Shown in pieces: positions 15,139-16,597 of a DNA stretch of 16,597 bases. Made by a program: the position numbers and the translations under genes. A model generated the notes under the pieces. It was given only the letters and a program-made list of their open reading frames with translations, had not been told where the DNA came from and did not search any database. This DNA is from a bacterium (GTDB lineage: Bacteria; Methylomirabilota; Methylomirabilia; CAVQYV01): assembly GCA_043800755.1 (NCBI GenBank), contig JAZDMQ010000042.1, forward strand, positions 1 to 16,597, written 5' to 3'. Each line of letters starts with the position of its first letter. The first letter of the stretch is position 1.

Positions 15139-16515
15139 CTAAAAGATCTTGTCAGGATTCATGAGTCCTTTGGGGTCGATCAGGTTCTTGATTCGGCGCA
15201 TCAGCTCGTAGCTTTCGCCGTGCTCCAGCGGCATGAATTTGCGTTTGCCGATGCCCACACCGTGCTCCCCGGTGCAGGTTCCTCCCACCTCCACTGCCCT
15301 TTTGACAATCCGTTCATTGATCTCTTCCAGTCGCGACCATTCCTCCTGGTTCTTGGGATCTCCCACCAGGACCAGGTGTAGATTGCCGTCGCCAGCGTGA
15401 CCAAATATATAGCCGATGGACCCAAAATCATCGAGAAGACCCTGGGAAAACAGGATCATTTCTGGATAACGGGAGATCGGTACCGCCGCATCTACAATCA
15501 GCGTTTCTTTCCCGGGATAGGCGCGATGAATGGTCTCCCATGCCTCATGGCGTGCACGCCAGAGATCGGTGCGCTCCCCCTCTTCCACGCCTGACCGAAA
15601 GCCAGTTGCACCGCAGCCTTCACATAATTCCTGGGCCAAGCTTTCGATTTCTTGCAGCACCCCTTTACTGATGCCATGAAACTCGCAGAAAAGCGATGGA
15701 ACCTGGGGCAAATTGAGATTCTTCTCCCGATTCATCAGTTCGATTAGCTTCGGAGGCAGCAGCTCCAGCGCTGCTGGATCTAAGCCAGAGGCTTTCATGG
15801 CGACAACCGCTTGGCAGGCGCTCTGTAAATCCTGAAACGTCACGGTAGCGGCCAGATGATGCGCGGGAATGCCTGTCAGGCGTAAAGTGGCCTCTGTTAC
15901 GATTCCCAGCGTGCCTTCGGAACCCACGAATAGGCGCGTGAGATCGTAGCCGGATGAAGACTTGTAAGCCCTGCAGCCGGTGTGGATCACATCCCCCTGG
16001 GGCAAGACGACTGTCAAACGCATCACATAATCCTTGGTGGCGCCATATTTGATACTTTGAACGCCCGAGGCGTTGTTGGCAATCATGCCGCCGATAGTGG
16101 CGTCCGCTCCTGGATCAGGCGGGAAAAACAGGCCATATCGACCCACCTGCCGATTCAACTCCTTGCGCAACACGCCTGGCTGAACGTCTATCTGCAGATC
16201 CTCGGCGTGAATGGCGAGGATACGATTCATCTGCATCAGGTCTAAGACGAGTCCGCCCCGGGTGGGGACCGGATTGCCTTCGGTACTGGTAGCGGCACCC
16301 CACGGGGTGACGGGTATCTCCTGCTGATAGCACCACGCCAAGATTTCGGCGACCTCTTCCGTGGTGATGGGCCAGATGATGCCAGCGGGCAGTTCCCCGT
16401 AGTGGGGGGATACGTCGTGCACATGCAGTTCACGGTTCGACTGACCCACCGAAAAACGGTCAGGGCTGACCATGGATGATAGCGCGACAATTTGTTCTGG
16501 AGTGAATTCCCCCAT
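15139..16515 (-). CDS. FAD-linked oxidoreductase, GlcD / D-2-hydroxyacid (D-lactate) dehydrogenase family
   Basis: FFPPDPGADATIGGMIANNASG, GYDLTRLFVGSEGTLGIVTE, GHAGDGNLH, TGEHGVG and DPKGLMNP. Confidence 0.92.
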   Translation of the reverse strand: MGEFTPEQIVALSSMVSPDRFSVGQSNRELHVHDVSPHYGELPAGIIWPITTEEVAEILAWCYQQEIPVTPWGAATSTEGNPVPTRGGLVLDLMQMNRILAIHAEDLQIDVQPGVLRKELNRQVGRYGLFFPPDPGADATIGGMIANNASGVQSIKYGATKDYVMRLTVVLPQGDVIHTGCRAYKSSSGYDLTRLFVGSEGTLGIVTEATLRLTGIPAHHLAATVTFQDLQSACQAVVAMKASGLDPAALELLPPKLIELMNREKNLNLPQVPSLFCEFHGISKGVLQEIESLAQELCEGCGATGFRSGVEEGERTDLWRARHEAWETIHRAYPGKETLIVDAAVPISRYPEMILFSQGLLDDFGSIGYIFGHAGDGNLHLVLVGDPKNQEEWSRLEEINERIVKRAVEVGGTCTGEHGVGIGKRKFMPLEHGESYELMRRIKNLIDPKGLMNPDKIF

Positions 16516-16597
16516 CAGCTTTCTCCCTGTCTCAAGTTCTTCTTGATCCCCTCGATCTGCCTCACCAAGCTCCTGTCTTTTTCCTGCAGGGTCTGAA
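16515..16597 (-). CDS. 3' end of an upstream gene (partial)
   Basis: Open frame ...QTLQEKDRSLVRQIEGIKKNLRQGES* whose TGA overlaps the oxidoreductase ATG (TGATG). Confidence 0.6.
   Translation of the reverse strand, partial: QTLQEKDRSLVRQIEGIKKNLRQGES

Noticed and set aside
15139..16515. Assigning glcD or dld
   Set aside because: The family is clear, but no glcE/glcF follows and the substrate cannot be read from sequence.

Overview
Gene-dense bacterial window. Gene content suggests a deltaproteobacterium (Desulfobacterota-like); this is inference. From 1 to 9.35 kb all genes are on the minus strand: a truncated lipoprotein with tandem Ig-like (Big_5-type) repeats that the ORF track misses, an unannotated ~49-aa ORF coupled to it, a frameshifted triple-BON protein, a secreted Trp/Arg/Gln-rich protein, a gene remnant, a HAD hydrolase, a small membrane protein ending in a CxxCKKIR...HGICPEC domain, two hypothetical proteins, and a tightly coupled SH3 protein / M48 metalloprotease lipoprotein / CHASE2 adenylate cyclase operon. 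That operon is the best candidate for an undescribed system. Divergent from it are a GntR(FCD) regulator, a CoA-acylating (methyl)malonate-semialdehyde dehydrogenase and a ThDP-dependent enzyme. Converging on these are a frameshifted secreted protein with an ECF-type promoter and a GlcD/D-2-hydroxyacid-dehydrogenase-like FAD oxidoreductase. Intergenic DNA carries a recurring GGGTCAGGTCT REP-like motif, an IS200/IS605-end-like hairpin and several short duplications. No rRNA, tRNA, CRISPR array or intact transposase was seen. All family assignments come from motif recognition by eye, not from database searches.
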